From NCBI GenBank assembly GCA_964252075.1, contig CAXULY010000001.1, positions 247,787 to 311,786 on the forward strand: 64,000 nt of DNA, given 5' to 3'. The stretch comes from an uncultured Deinococcaceae bacterium. Lineage in GTDB: Bacteria > Deinococcota > Deinococci > Deinococcales > Deinococcaceae. This document shows, piece after piece, positions 1-10,703 of the stretch (the stretch's first letter is position 1; each line of letters starts with the position of its first letter). Both the position numbers and the translations under genes were made by a program. Below the pieces are notes generated by a model that was not told the DNA's origin, ran no database searches, and saw nothing but the letters and a program-made list of their open reading frames with translations.

Positions 1-813
1 GCCGCCCACACCGAGGGCCGCCGAGAGGCGGTCCAGGTGCTCGCCCCTGAAAGTCAACGCAGCCGCGCGCAGGCGGGCGGCCAGCGCACGGCGGCGAATG
101 GCGGGCGGCTCGCGGCACAGGTCCGCGCGGGAAGGCACGCGCGCCGCGAGGGCGCTCAGCGCGTCGTCATCCTCGCGCTGCCAGCGGGCGTGACGGGCCA
201 GCAGGGCGTCCAGGCCGGGCTCGCGGGCGCGCAGGGCAGGCAGCACCGCGTGGCGCAGCCAGTTGCGCGTGAAGCGTGTGTCGGCGTTGCTCACGTCCTC
301 CCGCCAGTCCTGCCCGAGTGCGCGCAGGTACGCCTCGATGTCCTTGCGCGCCACATCCAGCCACGGTCGGCGCAGGTGACCCCGCTCGGGTGCGATACCC
401 CGCAGGCCCGGCTCGCCGCGCAGCAGCTGCCACAGCACCGTCTCCGCCACATCGTCCCGGGTGTGCGCCGTCAGGATGGTCGTCACGCCATGCGCCTTCG
501 CCGCGCGCGCCAGGAACGCGTACCTGAGGGTGCGCGCAGCCGCCTCCACGTTCCAGCCCTTGCGGGCTGCGACCGCCGCCACGTCCACGCGCTCAAGCAT
601 GAGCGGCACGCCCAGCGCCGCGCACAGGGCCCCGACCCACCCGGCGTCCGCGCCGGATTCCGGGCGCAGGCGGTGATTGAGGTGCGCCGCGATGGGCCGC
701 GCGCCGCACGCCAGCAGCGCCCGCAGGAGCGCCACAGAGTCCGCGCCGCCGGACAGCGCGAGCAGCACCGCCCGGTCGCGGTAGGGCGCCAGGGGGGCGA
801 GGAGGTCCGGCAC
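1..813 (-). CDS. tilS: tRNA(Ile)-lysidine synthetase, N-terminal part (runs off window start)
   Basis: Manual minus-strand translation from GTG 813 gives VPDLLAPLAPYRDRAVLLALSGGADSVALL (PP-loop SGGxDS). TACACT -10 lies 6 nt upstream. Not in the ORF track because there is no stop in the window. Confidence 0.9.
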   Translation of the reverse strand, partial: MPDLLAPLAPYRDRAVLLALSGGADSVALLRALLACGARPIAAHLNHRLRPESGADAGWVGALCAALGVPLMLERVDVAAVAARKGWNVEAAARTLRYAFLARAAKAHGVTTILTAHTRDDVAETVLWQLLRGEPGLRGIAPERGHLRRPWLDVARKDIEAYLRALGQDWREDVSNADTRFTRNWLRHAVLPALRAREPGLDALLARHARWQREDDDALSALAARVPSRADLCREPPAIRRRALAARLRAAALTFRGEHLDRLSAALGVGG

Positions 814-1264
814 GCGGCCAGTGTAGCGGGCCGCGCGGAAGGGTCGCCTCCTCAAGGCCTGGAGCTGCTCACGGCACTCAAGGCAATGACGACACATCAT
901 CTGAAGTTGGAAATGCCCGTGAGCTGCGGGTCAGGGATTCGGAGCGCTGGCCATGAGCAGTGGATCGGACTCAACAGGTACTCCACCACTCGACCTGACG
1001 AGCCCCTCGTCTCGCTGGTTTCTCCGGTTGCCTGAGCCTCGGCGCGCAGTGAAAAGCCCTTTGCGCGGCATAAAATTCGGTCTGATGTGTGCGAAGCTCC
1101 AGTGCGCTGGAAGCCCGTGCGGTTCGGCCACGGTCATCGCGTTCAGGTGCGGAAGGCGCCGCGCCGACGCTTGGGGCGTCGCTGGCCCTCAACTACGCAC
1201 ATGAGGGAAGTGATTGGCGCGCATCCGGCCACACGGGTGGGGCAACTTTCCTACAATGCAGCGC

Positions 1265-1750
1265 ATGGGTCCGCGCGTCGGCGATCACGCCCCCGATTTT
1301 GAGGCCAGGAGTGACGACGGTCGCCGCGTGAACCTGCGGTCCCTGCGTGGCTCCTGGGTGGTGTTGTGTTTCTTTCCGCGCGCGGGGTCGCCCGGCTGTT
1401 CGCTGGAGGCGCGGCAGTTCGAGCGGGCCTTGCCGGACTTCGAGCGCCTCGGCGCGCGCGTGGTGGGGGTCAGTGTGGACACGGAGGCGCGCGCGGCGCT
1501 CATGCGGGAGCGCTGTGGCCTGACGTTCCCGCTCCTCCCGGACGGCGCGCAGCGCCTGGGGCGCGCGTATGGCGTGTCGGGCGGTCTGGGTGGCCTGCTG
1601 GGCCTCGCGCGCCGTCAGACCTTCCTGATTTCGCCGGAGGGGCTGGTGGCGCGCCACTGGCGGCAGGTGAATCCCGTCGGGCACGCCGCGGAGGTGCTGG
1701 CGGCGCTGAGGGATCCCGCTAGAAGTACGCCCCGGCCCGCAGGTTCGTGA
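1265..1750 (+). CDS. bcp: Peroxiredoxin, BCP/PrxQ family
   Basis: VGDHAPDF...FFPRAGSPGCSLEA (PxxxS/TxxC peroxidatic motif). Start moved to ATG 1265, 7 nt after TACAAT. Confidence 0.88.
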   Translation: MGPRVGDHAPDFEARSDDGRRVNLRSLRGSWVVLCFFPRAGSPGCSLEARQFERALPDFERLGARVVGVSVDTEARAALMRERCGLTFPLLPDGAQRLGRAYGVSGGLGGLLGLARRQTFLISPEGLVARHWRQVNPVGHAAEVLAALRDPARSTPRPAGS

Positions 1751-2219
1751 AGCGCAGGGTGTCGCCCGCCTGCACGCTGCCCTCGCGGATACGAATGCCG
1801 AGGTACCCCCGCGCGGCGTGCGCGGCCGCGTCGAGCGCCGGGCTGGAGAGCTGCAGGCTGGTGCTCGCACCGCTCAGCACGGTGGCGGTGCCGATCAGGC
1901 TGCCCTGGGCGCTGTCGCTGCACAGCGCGTACCCGAGCAGGGAGGGGCAGTTGGGGGGCGTGGCGCTGAGGTAGAACTCCAGGGTCTTGGTGCCCGCGCT
2001 GCCGCTGAACGTCAGGGTGCCCGTGACCTTCACGCGGTCCACGCTGCGCGGCACGGCCTGCGTGAAGGCGTTCTGCGTCTGGTAAATGGTCTGCGGGGAG
2101 GCGTCCAGCGGGAGCGGTGTGGTGATGGTCTCGTCGGGCAGGGTGACGCTGCCGACCGGCACGGTGCCGCACGCGGCCAGCAGGGCGGGGAGCAGCAGGA
2201 GGGCGCGGGGTCGGGTCAT
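1719..2219 (-). CDS. Hypothetical lipoprotein
   Basis: Signal peptide with lipobox LLAAC; beta-rich mature region. Confidence 0.75.
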   Translation of the reverse strand: MTRPRALLLLPALLAACGTVPVGSVTLPDETITTPLPLDASPQTIYQTQNAFTQAVPRSVDRVKVTGTLTFSGSAGTKTLEFYLSATPPNCPSLLGYALCSDSAQGSLIGTATVLSGASTSLQLSSPALDAAAHAARGYLGIRIREGSVQAGDTLRFTNLRAGAYF

Positions 2220-2355
2220 GCCTCAGTCTGGGGCGCGGCGCCTGACGGGAAGCTGCGGTTTTCATGGGGGTGGGTTTCTGGTGCGCCGGATGGGGCGCCG
2301 CGTCCCGGTTGGTGGTGGCGCCCGCCCCTATACTGGCGCGCGTGAGGGTGAGTCC

Positions 2356-3551
<1,196 letters not shown>

Positions 3552-3552
<1 letters not shown>

Positions 3553-3866
3553 TGCCCGCCATTGAGTTCGCGGCGCCGCCCGCCCCGCAGTACGGGGGTG
3601 GGTGCACGACGGAACCCGCACTGTTCGCGCTGAATCACTTCGTGACGTGGCGGACGGACGTGACCGTGAACGGGGTGCGCTTCGCGGATGTGGCGCTGCT
3701 GCCGTTCCTGCAAGACCTGCTGGCCGCGCCCGAGCCGCACGGGGTGAGCGCCGAGGACGCGCGGGAGGCGGCGCGCCGCTTCGTGGACCTCACGGCGCCG
3801 CTGCTGGAGCGTGAGGGTGGGCGGCGCGCGTGGCTGGAGCGCGAGTTCACGCCGCTGGGCGCGTGA
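3552..3866 (+). CDS. Hypothetical protein
   Basis: ATG overlaps the upstream TGA and follows AAGGAGG. Protein-like sequence MPAIEFAAPPAPQYGGGCTTEP. Confidence 0.7.
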
Positions 3867-3875
3867 GCATTCCCC

Positions 3876-4481
3876 TCAGCGCGCGCCGAGCCGCTTGAGG
3901 TAGGCCCTGGCTTCGCGCTGCAGGGACGCCAGGTACGCGCGGTGGCGGTCCGTGACGGCGGGCGGCAGGCGGTCGAGGAAGAGCCTGCCGTCGAGGTGCT
4001 CGTGCTCGTGCTGGAAGACCCGCGCGAGGTAACCGTCCACCTCGGTGACGTGCGGGGCGCCGTGCTCGTCGAGGTAGCGCAGGCGCACGGCGCGTTCGCG
4101 CAGCACGCCCGGTTCGTAAACGCCGGGAATGGAGAGGCAGCCGTCGTCGTGGCGCGCTTCGAGGCGCGCATCGAGCACCTCCAGTTCGGGGTTCACCATC
4201 ACGTACTCGCGCAGCACGCGGGCCTTGAGGGGCGTGCCCTCGGGGAGGTCGTCGTCGTACTCGGCGGCGACGAACAGGCGGATGGGGAGGCCCACCTGCG
4301 GGGCGGCGAGGCCGACGCCGCGCGCGGTGTACATGCTTTCGAGCAGGTCGCGCGCAAGTTCGGGCAGCGTGACGGGCGCGAAGCCGGGCACGGTGAAGTG
4401 GGCGTGCAGGTCGGGGATGCGGGCGGCCTTGCGCCGCAGGACGGGGTCGCCGTACAGGCGGATGGGGTAGGTGGTGGTCAC
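3876..4481 (-). CDS. def: Peptide deformylase (motif variant)
   Basis: YGDPVLR, GVGLAAPQVG, DGCLSIPG, QHEHEHLDG. GTG start overlaps the stop of the HTH gene. Confidence 0.9.
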   Translation of the reverse strand: MTTTYPIRLYGDPVLRRKAARIPDLHAHFTVPGFAPVTLPELARDLLESMYTARGVGLAAPQVGLPIRLFVAAEYDDDLPEGTPLKARVLREYVMVNPELEVLDARLEARHDDGCLSIPGVYEPGVLRERAVRLRYLDEHGAPHVTEVDGYLARVFQHEHEHLDGRLFLDRLPPAVTDRHRAYLASLQREARAYLKRLGAR

Positions 4482-4681
4482 GCGGCCTCGCGGGGGCGCA
4501 GCACGAGTTCCAGGCCGAGGGCGTCCAGCATCTTCTGCCAGATGGGCGGGAGTTTGCCGTTCGTGGCGAGCGCGCGGCTGATGGTGTGGCGGTCGGTGCC
4601 GATGCGCGCGCCGAGTTCCGCCTGGCTGAGGTGGCGGGCGGCGAGGTGCTGACGCAGCTGGAGGCGCAGGTCGTCGGTCAT
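4478..4681 (-). CDS. Small XRE-family helix-turn-helix protein
   Basis: LSQAELGARIGTDRHTISR HTH_3-like pattern; C-terminal LDALGLELVL; 67 aa. Confidence 0.8.
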   Translation of the reverse strand: MTDDLRLQLRQHLAARHLSQAELGARIGTDRHTISRALATNGKLPPIWQKMLDALGLELVLRPREAA

Positions 4682-4691
4682 GCTGCATGGT

Positions 4692-4723
4692 GGCAGATTC
4701 TGCCCACGTTGGCAAGAACTGCC
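4692..4723. promoter_or_regulatory. Imperfect inverted repeat, candidate operator of the XRE-HTH/def operon
   Basis: GGCAG-A-TTC-TGCC-CACGTT-GGCA-A-GAA-CTGCC lies just upstream of the HTH start codon. Confidence 0.45.
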
Positions 4724-4731
4724 CACAGCGG

Positions 4732-6144
4732 TCAGGCGGAGTGCGGCCGCACCTCCGTGAGGGCCGCCGCGATGCGCCGCACGCCCTCACGAATCAGGTC
4801 GGGCGGCAGGTGCGCGTACGCCAGCAGCACCGCGGGCGGCCGCGCACGCTGCGTGTAATCCCCCAGGCGGCTGAGCCCCACCCCCGCACGCGCCGCGGCC
4901 TCCAGCACCGCCGACTCACTGAGGGTGGCGGGCAGGTCTGCATACAGGTGCAGCCCGGCGGCGGCCTCCTGCGTCGCCCAGTCGGGCAGGTGCGCGGCGA
5001 GCGCCGAGCGCAGGCTCGACAGGCGGTCCTGCACTTGCGCGCGCGCGCGGCGCAGGTGACGCGCGTACCCGCCGGACGACAGAAAGTACGCGAGGGCCAG
5101 CGCGTCCAGCGTGGGCGGCTGGCGGTCCGTGAGTGGCCGCGTGCGGCCCAGCACCTCAATCAATGGCCTGGGCGCCACGATGTACCCGCTGCGCAGCGCG
5201 GGCGCGAGGCTCTTCGAGAAGGTCCCGACCAGAATGACGCGCTCCGGCGCGAGGCCCTGCATGGCCGCTACGGGCCGCGTGTCGAAGCGGAACTCCGAGT
5301 TGTAATCGTCCTCCACCACCCACGCGCCGCTGCGCGCCGCCCACTCCAGCACCGCGCGGCGGCGCGCGGCGGGCATCAGCGCGCCCGTCGGGAACTGATG
5401 GGCGGGCGTGAGGTACAGCAGTGCGGCGCGCTCGGGCAGCCCCAGCGGGTCCAGGCCGTGCGCGTCCACGGGCACGTCGAACAAGGTCGCGCCGCTCGCC
5501 TCGAAGACGCGCCGGGCGCTCGGGTAGCCGGGGTCCTCCAGCGCCACCGCGCGGCCCGGCTCCAGGTACAGGCGCGACAGCGCGTCCAGGCTGCCCTGCG
5601 TGCCGCTCGTGAGCATGATCATGTCCGGCGTGGCCTGCACGCCTCGCTCCGCCGCGAGGTGATCCGCGAGCGCCGCGCGCGTCTCGAAGGGCCCCAGCTG
5701 GTCGCCGTACCCGACGGCGCGCGTCTCGCGCGCGCGGCGCGCGAGCGCCTCCGCCCACGCCTCGCTGGGGAACAGGTCCGTCGGGAAGAGCCCCAGGCGG
5801 AAATCAATCTCGAACGCCTCGCCCGCGTCCGGGAGGGCGCCCGCGAGCGCCCGCTGCGCCCACGCGGTGAGGGGCGCGCTGTGCGCGGGTGGCGTGGCGA
5901 GCTGCCGCACGCCACCCGCCACGAAACTGCCGCTCTGCGGGCGCGTCACGAGGTAGCCTTCCGCACTCAGCAGCTCAATGGCCTCCAGCACCGTGTTGCG
6001 GGCAAGGCCCCAGCGCCGCGCGAGGTCGCGGCTGGACGGAAGGCGCGCGCCCTCCGGCAGGCGCCCCGTCACGATCGCCTCGCGCAGGCTGCGGTACGCG
6101 CGGCGGTACAAGGCCTCCGCGGGCAGGGCAGGCAGCAGCTCCAT
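4732..6144 (-). CDS. GntR/MocR-family regulator with PLP-dependent aminotransferase-like domain
   Basis: N-terminal wHTH LPSSRDLARRWGLARNTV; TPAHQFPTG, EDDYNSEF, GTFSKSL. Confidence 0.93.
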   Translation of the reverse strand: MELLPALPAEALYRRAYRSLREAIVTGRLPEGARLPSSRDLARRWGLARNTVLEAIELLSAEGYLVTRPQSGSFVAGGVRQLATPPAHSAPLTAWAQRALAGALPDAGEAFEIDFRLGLFPTDLFPSEAWAEALARRARETRAVGYGDQLGPFETRAALADHLAAERGVQATPDMIMLTSGTQGSLDALSRLYLEPGRAVALEDPGYPSARRVFEASGATLFDVPVDAHGLDPLGLPERAALLYLTPAHQFPTGALMPAARRRAVLEWAARSGAWVVEDDYNSEFRFDTRPVAAMQGLAPERVILVGTFSKSLAPALRSGYIVAPRPLIEVLGRTRPLTDRQPPTLDALALAYFLSSGGYARHLRRARAQVQDRLSSLRSALAAHLPDWATQEAAAGLHLYADLPATLSESAVLEAAARAGVGLSRLGDYTQRARPPAVLLAYAHLPPDLIREGVRRIAAALTEVRPHSA

Positions 6145-6239
6145 ACACCGTCCAGTCTAGGGGCGCGGCGTGACGACGCGCTCAAGGGCACCGCGCCCCA
6201 TGTGACGGTTCGCGCGCGAGTCCCGCCGTAGCATGGGGT

Positions 6240-6761
6240 GTGGCGCAGCGCGTGGACGAACTCCTCTCCGAGTACCAGGATTACGTGATGGCGGACCGCC
6301 TGCGGCGCGAACTGGGCGGCGCGCTGCGGCCCGATGGGCCGACCCTCAGCGTGCCGCAGTACGCGGCGCGGCGCCTGCGGCGTCAGGAGCTCGCGCGGGC
6401 CCTCGTGCGCAAGGAGGTGCCGCTCGCCGCGCTCGCCGAGATTGAGCGCCTCACGGACGAGATGTCCTTTGGCTTCTGGCACAACCCGCAGGAAGTCGCG
6501 GCGTTCCTGCGCCGCGCCATCGCGCAGGGCGGTCACCCGCTGCTGGGCAGCCCGGAAGCGCTCAGCGGCCTGCTGACCGACGACGAACGGCGCCGCCTCA
6601 CGCCCGCCGGGGTGAGCCGCGTGGCGGGCCACTACCACGCCTGCCTGAGTCTCGCCGCGCCCACGCACAGCCCCGACAGCTTCGACCGGCTGTACGCGCG
6701 CGTGGAGGCCTCCCGACCGCCCCTGTTTCTGGACGGCCTGAGCGCCGTGCAGGAGGCGTGA
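6240..6761 (+). CDS. Hypothetical protein
   Basis: Host-like codon usage; TAGCAT upstream; stop overlaps the ComF start. Confidence 0.7.
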   Translation: MAQRVDELLSEYQDYVMADRLRRELGGALRPDGPTLSVPQYAARRLRRQELARALVRKEVPLAALAEIERLTDEMSFGFWHNPQEVAAFLRRAIAQGGHPLLGSPEALSGLLTDDERRRLTPAGVSRVAGHYHACLSLAAPTHSPDSFDRLYARVEASRPPLFLDGLSAVQEA

Positions 6762-7381
6762 CCGTGCGTGCGGTGCTGCGCAGCCTGCTGCCGCGCGCGT
6801 GCCCCGGCTGCGGCCGGCCCCTCGCGGGGCACGCGGGTCTCTGCCCGCACTGCGCGCAGGGCCTGCACCTCACGGTCGCCGCGCACACGCTGCTGCGCCC
6901 GGACGTGACGCCGCACCTGATCTGCCTCGGGGAGTACCGGGGCCCGCTGCGCCGCGCGATTCGCGAGATGAAGTACGGCGGCGCCCGCGAGGTCGCGGAG
7001 ACCTTCGGTCGCGCGCTCGGTGGGGGCGTGCCGCCCGAGTGGCGCATCGGGGCGGTCACGCCCGTGCCGCTGCACCCCCGGCGCGAGCAGGAGCGGGCCT
7101 TCAACCAGTCGCTGTCCGTCGCGCGCGCCCTGGCGGACGAGGCGCGGCTGCCCCTGTGGGAACTCCTCACGCGCAGCCGCTACACGGCCGCGCAGGCACG
7201 CCTGCACGCGGGCGCCCGCGTGCACAACCTGGAGGGCGCCTTCGAGAGCCGCTCGCCCTTCAGCGACCCCGTGCTGCTGGTGGACGACGTCCTGACAACC
7301 GGTGAAACATTGAGGGCCTGCACGGCCGCGCTCCGGGCTGGCGGCGCGCGCGCCGTGTACTACGCCGTCATCGCGCGGTGA
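6758..7381 (+). CDS. ComF-family protein (zinc ribbon + phosphoribosyltransferase)
   Basis: CPGC..CPHC, PVPLH..R..FNQS, LLVDDVLTTGET. Confidence 0.9.
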   Translation: MTVRAVLRSLLPRACPGCGRPLAGHAGLCPHCAQGLHLTVAAHTLLRPDVTPHLICLGEYRGPLRRAIREMKYGGAREVAETFGRALGGGVPPEWRIGAVTPVPLHPRREQERAFNQSLSVARALADEARLPLWELLTRSRYTAAQARLHAGARVHNLEGAFESRSPFSDPVLLVDDVLTTGETLRACTAALRAGGARAVYYAVIAR

Positions 7382-7480
7382 GGCGCGGGCCAAGGGGCCG
7401 TGAAGCGCGACTCAGCGGCGGCCCCTGACGGCCCGCGGGGGGCAGCGGCTAAGATGCTGCGGGCGGTCCGCACTCCCCGT

Positions 7481-9223
7481 ATGCTGCGCTTCCTCCGCCC
7501 CCTCAAGCCGCTGTGGCCGCTGCTGTGCCTGCTGGTTCTGATGGCCGAGCGGCCGGGCAGGGGGCTGGACCTGCTGGTGTACGGCGCGACGCCGCAGGGC
7601 ATCGCGGCCGCCGCGACCGCCGCCTCGCGCGGGCTGTCGGTGCTGCTGGTGGAGCCCGGCCCGCGAGTGGGCGGGGTGCTCACACAGGGGTGGCTGGCGA
7701 CCCTGGACGCCAGCGTGGACAGCCAGGGCCGCCTGCTCGGCAGCGGGAGTTTCGTGCGGCTGCTGCGCGCGCTGGGGTACGACCCGTCGTTCGACGTGGG
7801 GACGGCGCAGCGCGTGCTGGACCGCATGACGCGGCAGGGCGGCCTGACGCTCTGGACGAACACCACGCTGCGCGGCGTGGAGGAGCGGGGCGGGTGGCTG
7901 CACGCCGTGCGCGTGCAACGCGGGGTGCAGCCCTGGACGCTCACGCCGCGCGCCGTCATTGACGCGAGCGACACCGCCGACCTCGCCAGCCGCGCGGGCG
8001 CGCTCTTCACCCGGGGCCGCAGCGACACGGGCCTCGACCGGAGGCAGATGGCCGCCACGCTGGTCTTCCGCATGACGGGGGTCGCGTGGCCGGACATTCA
8101 ACGCCGCGTCTCCGCGGAGCGCGCGCAGGGCGGCGGGTTCTCGGACGTGCATGGGCGGAGCGCGAACGGCCTGTGGGACCTCGCGCAGGGCTTCCGCCCC
8201 AGCGACCCCACGCGCTTTCGCCTGCGCGGCCTGAACCTCGCGCGGCAGGACGACGGCAGCGTCCTCGTGAACGCCCTGCTGATCGCGGGCGTGGACGGCA
8301 CGAACCCCGAATCCACCCGCCGCGCATGGCGGGATGGGGCGCGCGAGGCGGCGCGCGTGGTGACGTACCTGCGCGGCGCGGACCCCGCCACATTCGGCGG
8401 GGCGCGGTTCGCGGGCGTGGCGCCGCAGCTGTACCTGCGCGAGACGCGGCACCTCGTGGCGCTCAGCCGCCTGCACGCGGACGGGGTGTTCCTGGGCGCC
8501 GCCGTGCCGGACCCCGTCGCGGTGGGCGGGTACCCGCTGGACGGGCAGCTGTACGACGCGCGGGAGAGCACGTACCTGCTGGGCCGTCCCCTGCCGTACC
8601 AGGTGGGTTTCGGGACGCTCGTGCCGAGCGGCTTTCACAACCTGCTGGTGGTGTCGCAGGCGGCGGGCTTCGACAGCACGGCGGCCTTCTCCGCGCGGGT
8701 GGTGCCGCTGCAGATGGGGCTGGGGGACGCGGCGGCGCACGCCACGTGGGTGGCGCTCGCGCGCGGCGTGGACTTCCCCACCCTGCGCGCGCACTTCCGC
8801 TGGTTGCGGGGCGCGCTTCCGAAGCTGCCGCCGGAGGGCGAGGTGGTGCGGCGCACGCAGCTCGACACCGACCAGCAGGCGAGCTGGCTGCTGCGCCGCG
8901 GCCTGCTGAACATGCCGTACTACGTGCAGGGCCGCTTCGACCTCGGCGGGCCCGTGACGCCCAGCGAGGTGCTGTCCGATCTGGAGCACTGGCTGTACGC
9001 GCGGGGCCTCAGCGTGGATCAGGCGCGGCTGCTGGCGTCCCTGCGTCCGCTCGTGCAGCGCGCCGCGGACCGCCCCATGCGCGCCGAGGAACTGCGCGAC
9101 TGGCTGACCGCCCTGGACCTCCCCGCGCCGGACCTGCCGGACGGCGTGCTGGACCGCGCGACGCTCGTGCAGGTGCTGACCGATGTCAGCAGCGAGGGCC
9201 CCACGCTGCCCGCCCGGAAGTGA
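7481..9223 (+). CDS. FAD-dependent oxidoreductase, probably exported
   Basis: Hydrophobic N-terminus, DLLVYGATPQGIAAA dinucleotide fold, IDASDTADLA, LYLRETRH. Start uncertain (7400-7481). Confidence 0.8.
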   Translation: MLRFLRPLKPLWPLLCLLVLMAERPGRGLDLLVYGATPQGIAAAATAASRGLSVLLVEPGPRVGGVLTQGWLATLDASVDSQGRLLGSGSFVRLLRALGYDPSFDVGTAQRVLDRMTRQGGLTLWTNTTLRGVEERGGWLHAVRVQRGVQPWTLTPRAVIDASDTADLASRAGALFTRGRSDTGLDRRQMAATLVFRMTGVAWPDIQRRVSAERAQGGGFSDVHGRSANGLWDLAQGFRPSDPTRFRLRGLNLARQDDGSVLVNALLIAGVDGTNPESTRRAWRDGAREAARVVTYLRGADPATFGGARFAGVAPQLYLRETRHLVALSRLHADGVFLGAAVPDPVAVGGYPLDGQLYDARESTYLLGRPLPYQVGFGTLVPSGFHNLLVVSQAAGFDSTAAFSARVVPLQMGLGDAAAHATWVALARGVDFPTLRAHFRWLRGALPKLPPEGEVVRRTQLDTDQQASWLLRRGLLNMPYYVQGRFDLGGPVTPSEVLSDLEHWLYARGLSVDQARLLASLRPLVQRAADRPMRAEELRDWLTALDLPAPDLPDGVLDRATLVQVLTDVSSEGPTLPARK

Positions 9224-9229
9224 CGGCGG

Positions 9230-9751
9230 TCAGGGGAGGCGCTCGCCCGCCCGGACCGCCAGCGGCAGCCGGTTCTCGGCGGGCGGCAGCGGGCAGCTCC
9301 AGCCGTCGCCGTAGGCGCAGTAGGGGTGGTACGCGAGGTTGAAGTCCAGCGTGGCGGTGCCCGCCTGCAGGTCCGCCTCCAGGTAACGGCCCGCGCCGTA
9401 GGTTTCCGACCCGGACGTCGCGTCGCGGTACGGCACGAACGCCTGCGTGGGCGCGGGGTCATCCGGGGAGGCGAACAGCGTGAGGGTCGCCTCCCCGGAC
9501 GGCAGGTGCAGCCGCACGCGCCCGATGGGCCGCATGGGGCGGGGCTCACCGGAGGTCGTGGCGAGTTCCACCACTTCCCCCTCCAGCGGCTCAACCGGCA
9601 CCGTCACGCGCCACGCGGGGTCGGGCGGGTAGTACGCGAGGCCCGTGAAGGCGCGCAGCGCCTCGCCCTGCAGCGGCCCGCGCCCGCTGCGGAAGAAGTC
9701 GTCCTTGCGCGCGCGGAAGGCCAGCAGGTCCTGCGTGAAGGTGTCCGTCAT
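9230..9751 (-). CDS. DUF1684-family protein
   Basis: RDATSGSETYGAGRYL, LDFNLAYHPYCAY...CPLPP.EN. Confidence 0.88.
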   Translation of the reverse strand: MTDTFTQDLLAFRARKDDFFRSGRGPLQGEALRAFTGLAYYPPDPAWRVTVPVEPLEGEVVELATTSGEPRPMRPIGRVRLHLPSGEATLTLFASPDDPAPTQAFVPYRDATSGSETYGAGRYLEADLQAGTATLDFNLAYHPYCAYGDGWSCPLPPAENRLPLAVRAGERLP

Positions 9752-9966
9752 GCCGGGGGCTCCCACGTCACGACGAGCGCCTCACCGCGCAGTTCCACCA
9801 CGTCGCCGGGGCGCAGCTTCTTGCGGCGACGCGTCTCGACCTCGCCGTTCACGCGCACCTCGCCGCCCTGCACCAGCACCTTCGCCTCACCGCCGCTCAG
9901 CACGAGGCCCGCGACCTTCAGGAAGTCCTGCAGGTCAATGGTGGGGTCATCCGCGCGGTCCGTCAT
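9748..9966 (-). CDS. S4-domain RNA-binding protein (YaaA/YbcJ-like)
   Basis: LQDFLKVAGLVLSGGEAK...VNGEVETRRRKKLRPGD. Confidence 0.9.
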   Translation of the reverse strand: MTDRADDPTIDLQDFLKVAGLVLSGGEAKVLVQGGEVRVNGEVETRRRKKLRPGDVVELRGEALVVTWEPPA

Positions 9967-10703
9967 GGCAGTTTGTACGCTTTCGAGAAGAGTTCAATGT
10001 CCCGCTGGTCCACCCTTCCGTCCTTGTTCAGGTCGGCGGGGAGGTCCTTTCCGGTCTGGCCGAGGCTCCCCATCAGGATCGCGAGGTCACCGGGATCCAC
10101 CACGCCGTCCGCGTTCAGGTCCGCCGGTCCGGCCTTCACGGGCGGGGTGGACACGGCGGCCGTGGACGTCCCGGCGCTGGAGGCGCCCGCCGTGCTGCCC
10201 CCCGATGCGGCAGACGTCCCGGCGGTCGAGGTGCCGTCCGTGGAGGTGCCCGCCGTCGAGGTCGCTGCGGTGGGTGTACCGCCGTCCGACGCGCCCGAGG
10301 TGGGCGTGCCGGTGCTGGAGGTGGTCGTGGTGGAGGTGCCGCCCGTGGACGCGCCCGTGCTGGGCGTGGGGTCCGCGGGCTTCAGACCCAGGAGGCGGCG
10401 CAGTTCGCCCTGCACGGCGTCCGCGAGGGGCACGGGGCCTTCCGGGTTGAACTCCACGCGCGGGTTCGCGCCGCCGAAACTGCGGCTCGCGACATCCGGG
10501 CTGAAGGTCGCGCCGCCGCCCAGCGTGAACACGGGGCCCTGGCCGTTCACGAGGGTGTACGGGTCCTGCGCGGTCGAGAGCGCGCGGAGGGCGTCCTGTA
10601 CTGCCGTGAGCAGGGTGGGGTCCGTGACCTGCACGCGCACGTCGGTCGCGCCGCTTACGCCCGTGAGGAGCGCCGCCACCAGCAGAAAGCGCGGGGCCTT
10701 CAC
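9963..10703 (-). CDS. Secreted protein with Thr/Ser-rich linker and C-terminal dockerin-like domain
   Basis: Signal peptide; two Ca-binding loops DLNADGVVD and DLNKDGRVD. Confidence 0.8.
   Translation of the reverse strand: MKAPRFLLVAALLTGVSGATDVRVQVTDPTLLTAVQDALRALSTAQDPYTLVNGQGPVFTLGGGATFSPDVASRSFGGANPRVEFNPEGPVPLADAVQGELRRLLGLKPADPTPSTGASTGGTSTTTTSSTGTPTSGASDGGTPTAATSTAGTSTDGTSTAGTSAASGGSTAGASSAGTSTAAVSTPPVKAGPADLNADGVVDPGDLAILMGSLGQTGKDLPADLNKDGRVDQRDIELFSKAYKLP

Noticed and set aside
37..1035. 332-aa plus-strand ORF
   Set aside because: Antisense shadow of tilS; Arg/Ala-rich with no motifs.
4698..4718. Possible radiation-desiccation response motif (DdrO box)
   Set aside because: The TTCTG...AGAA span is longer than the 17-bp RDRM and GC-rich; it fits a local operator better.
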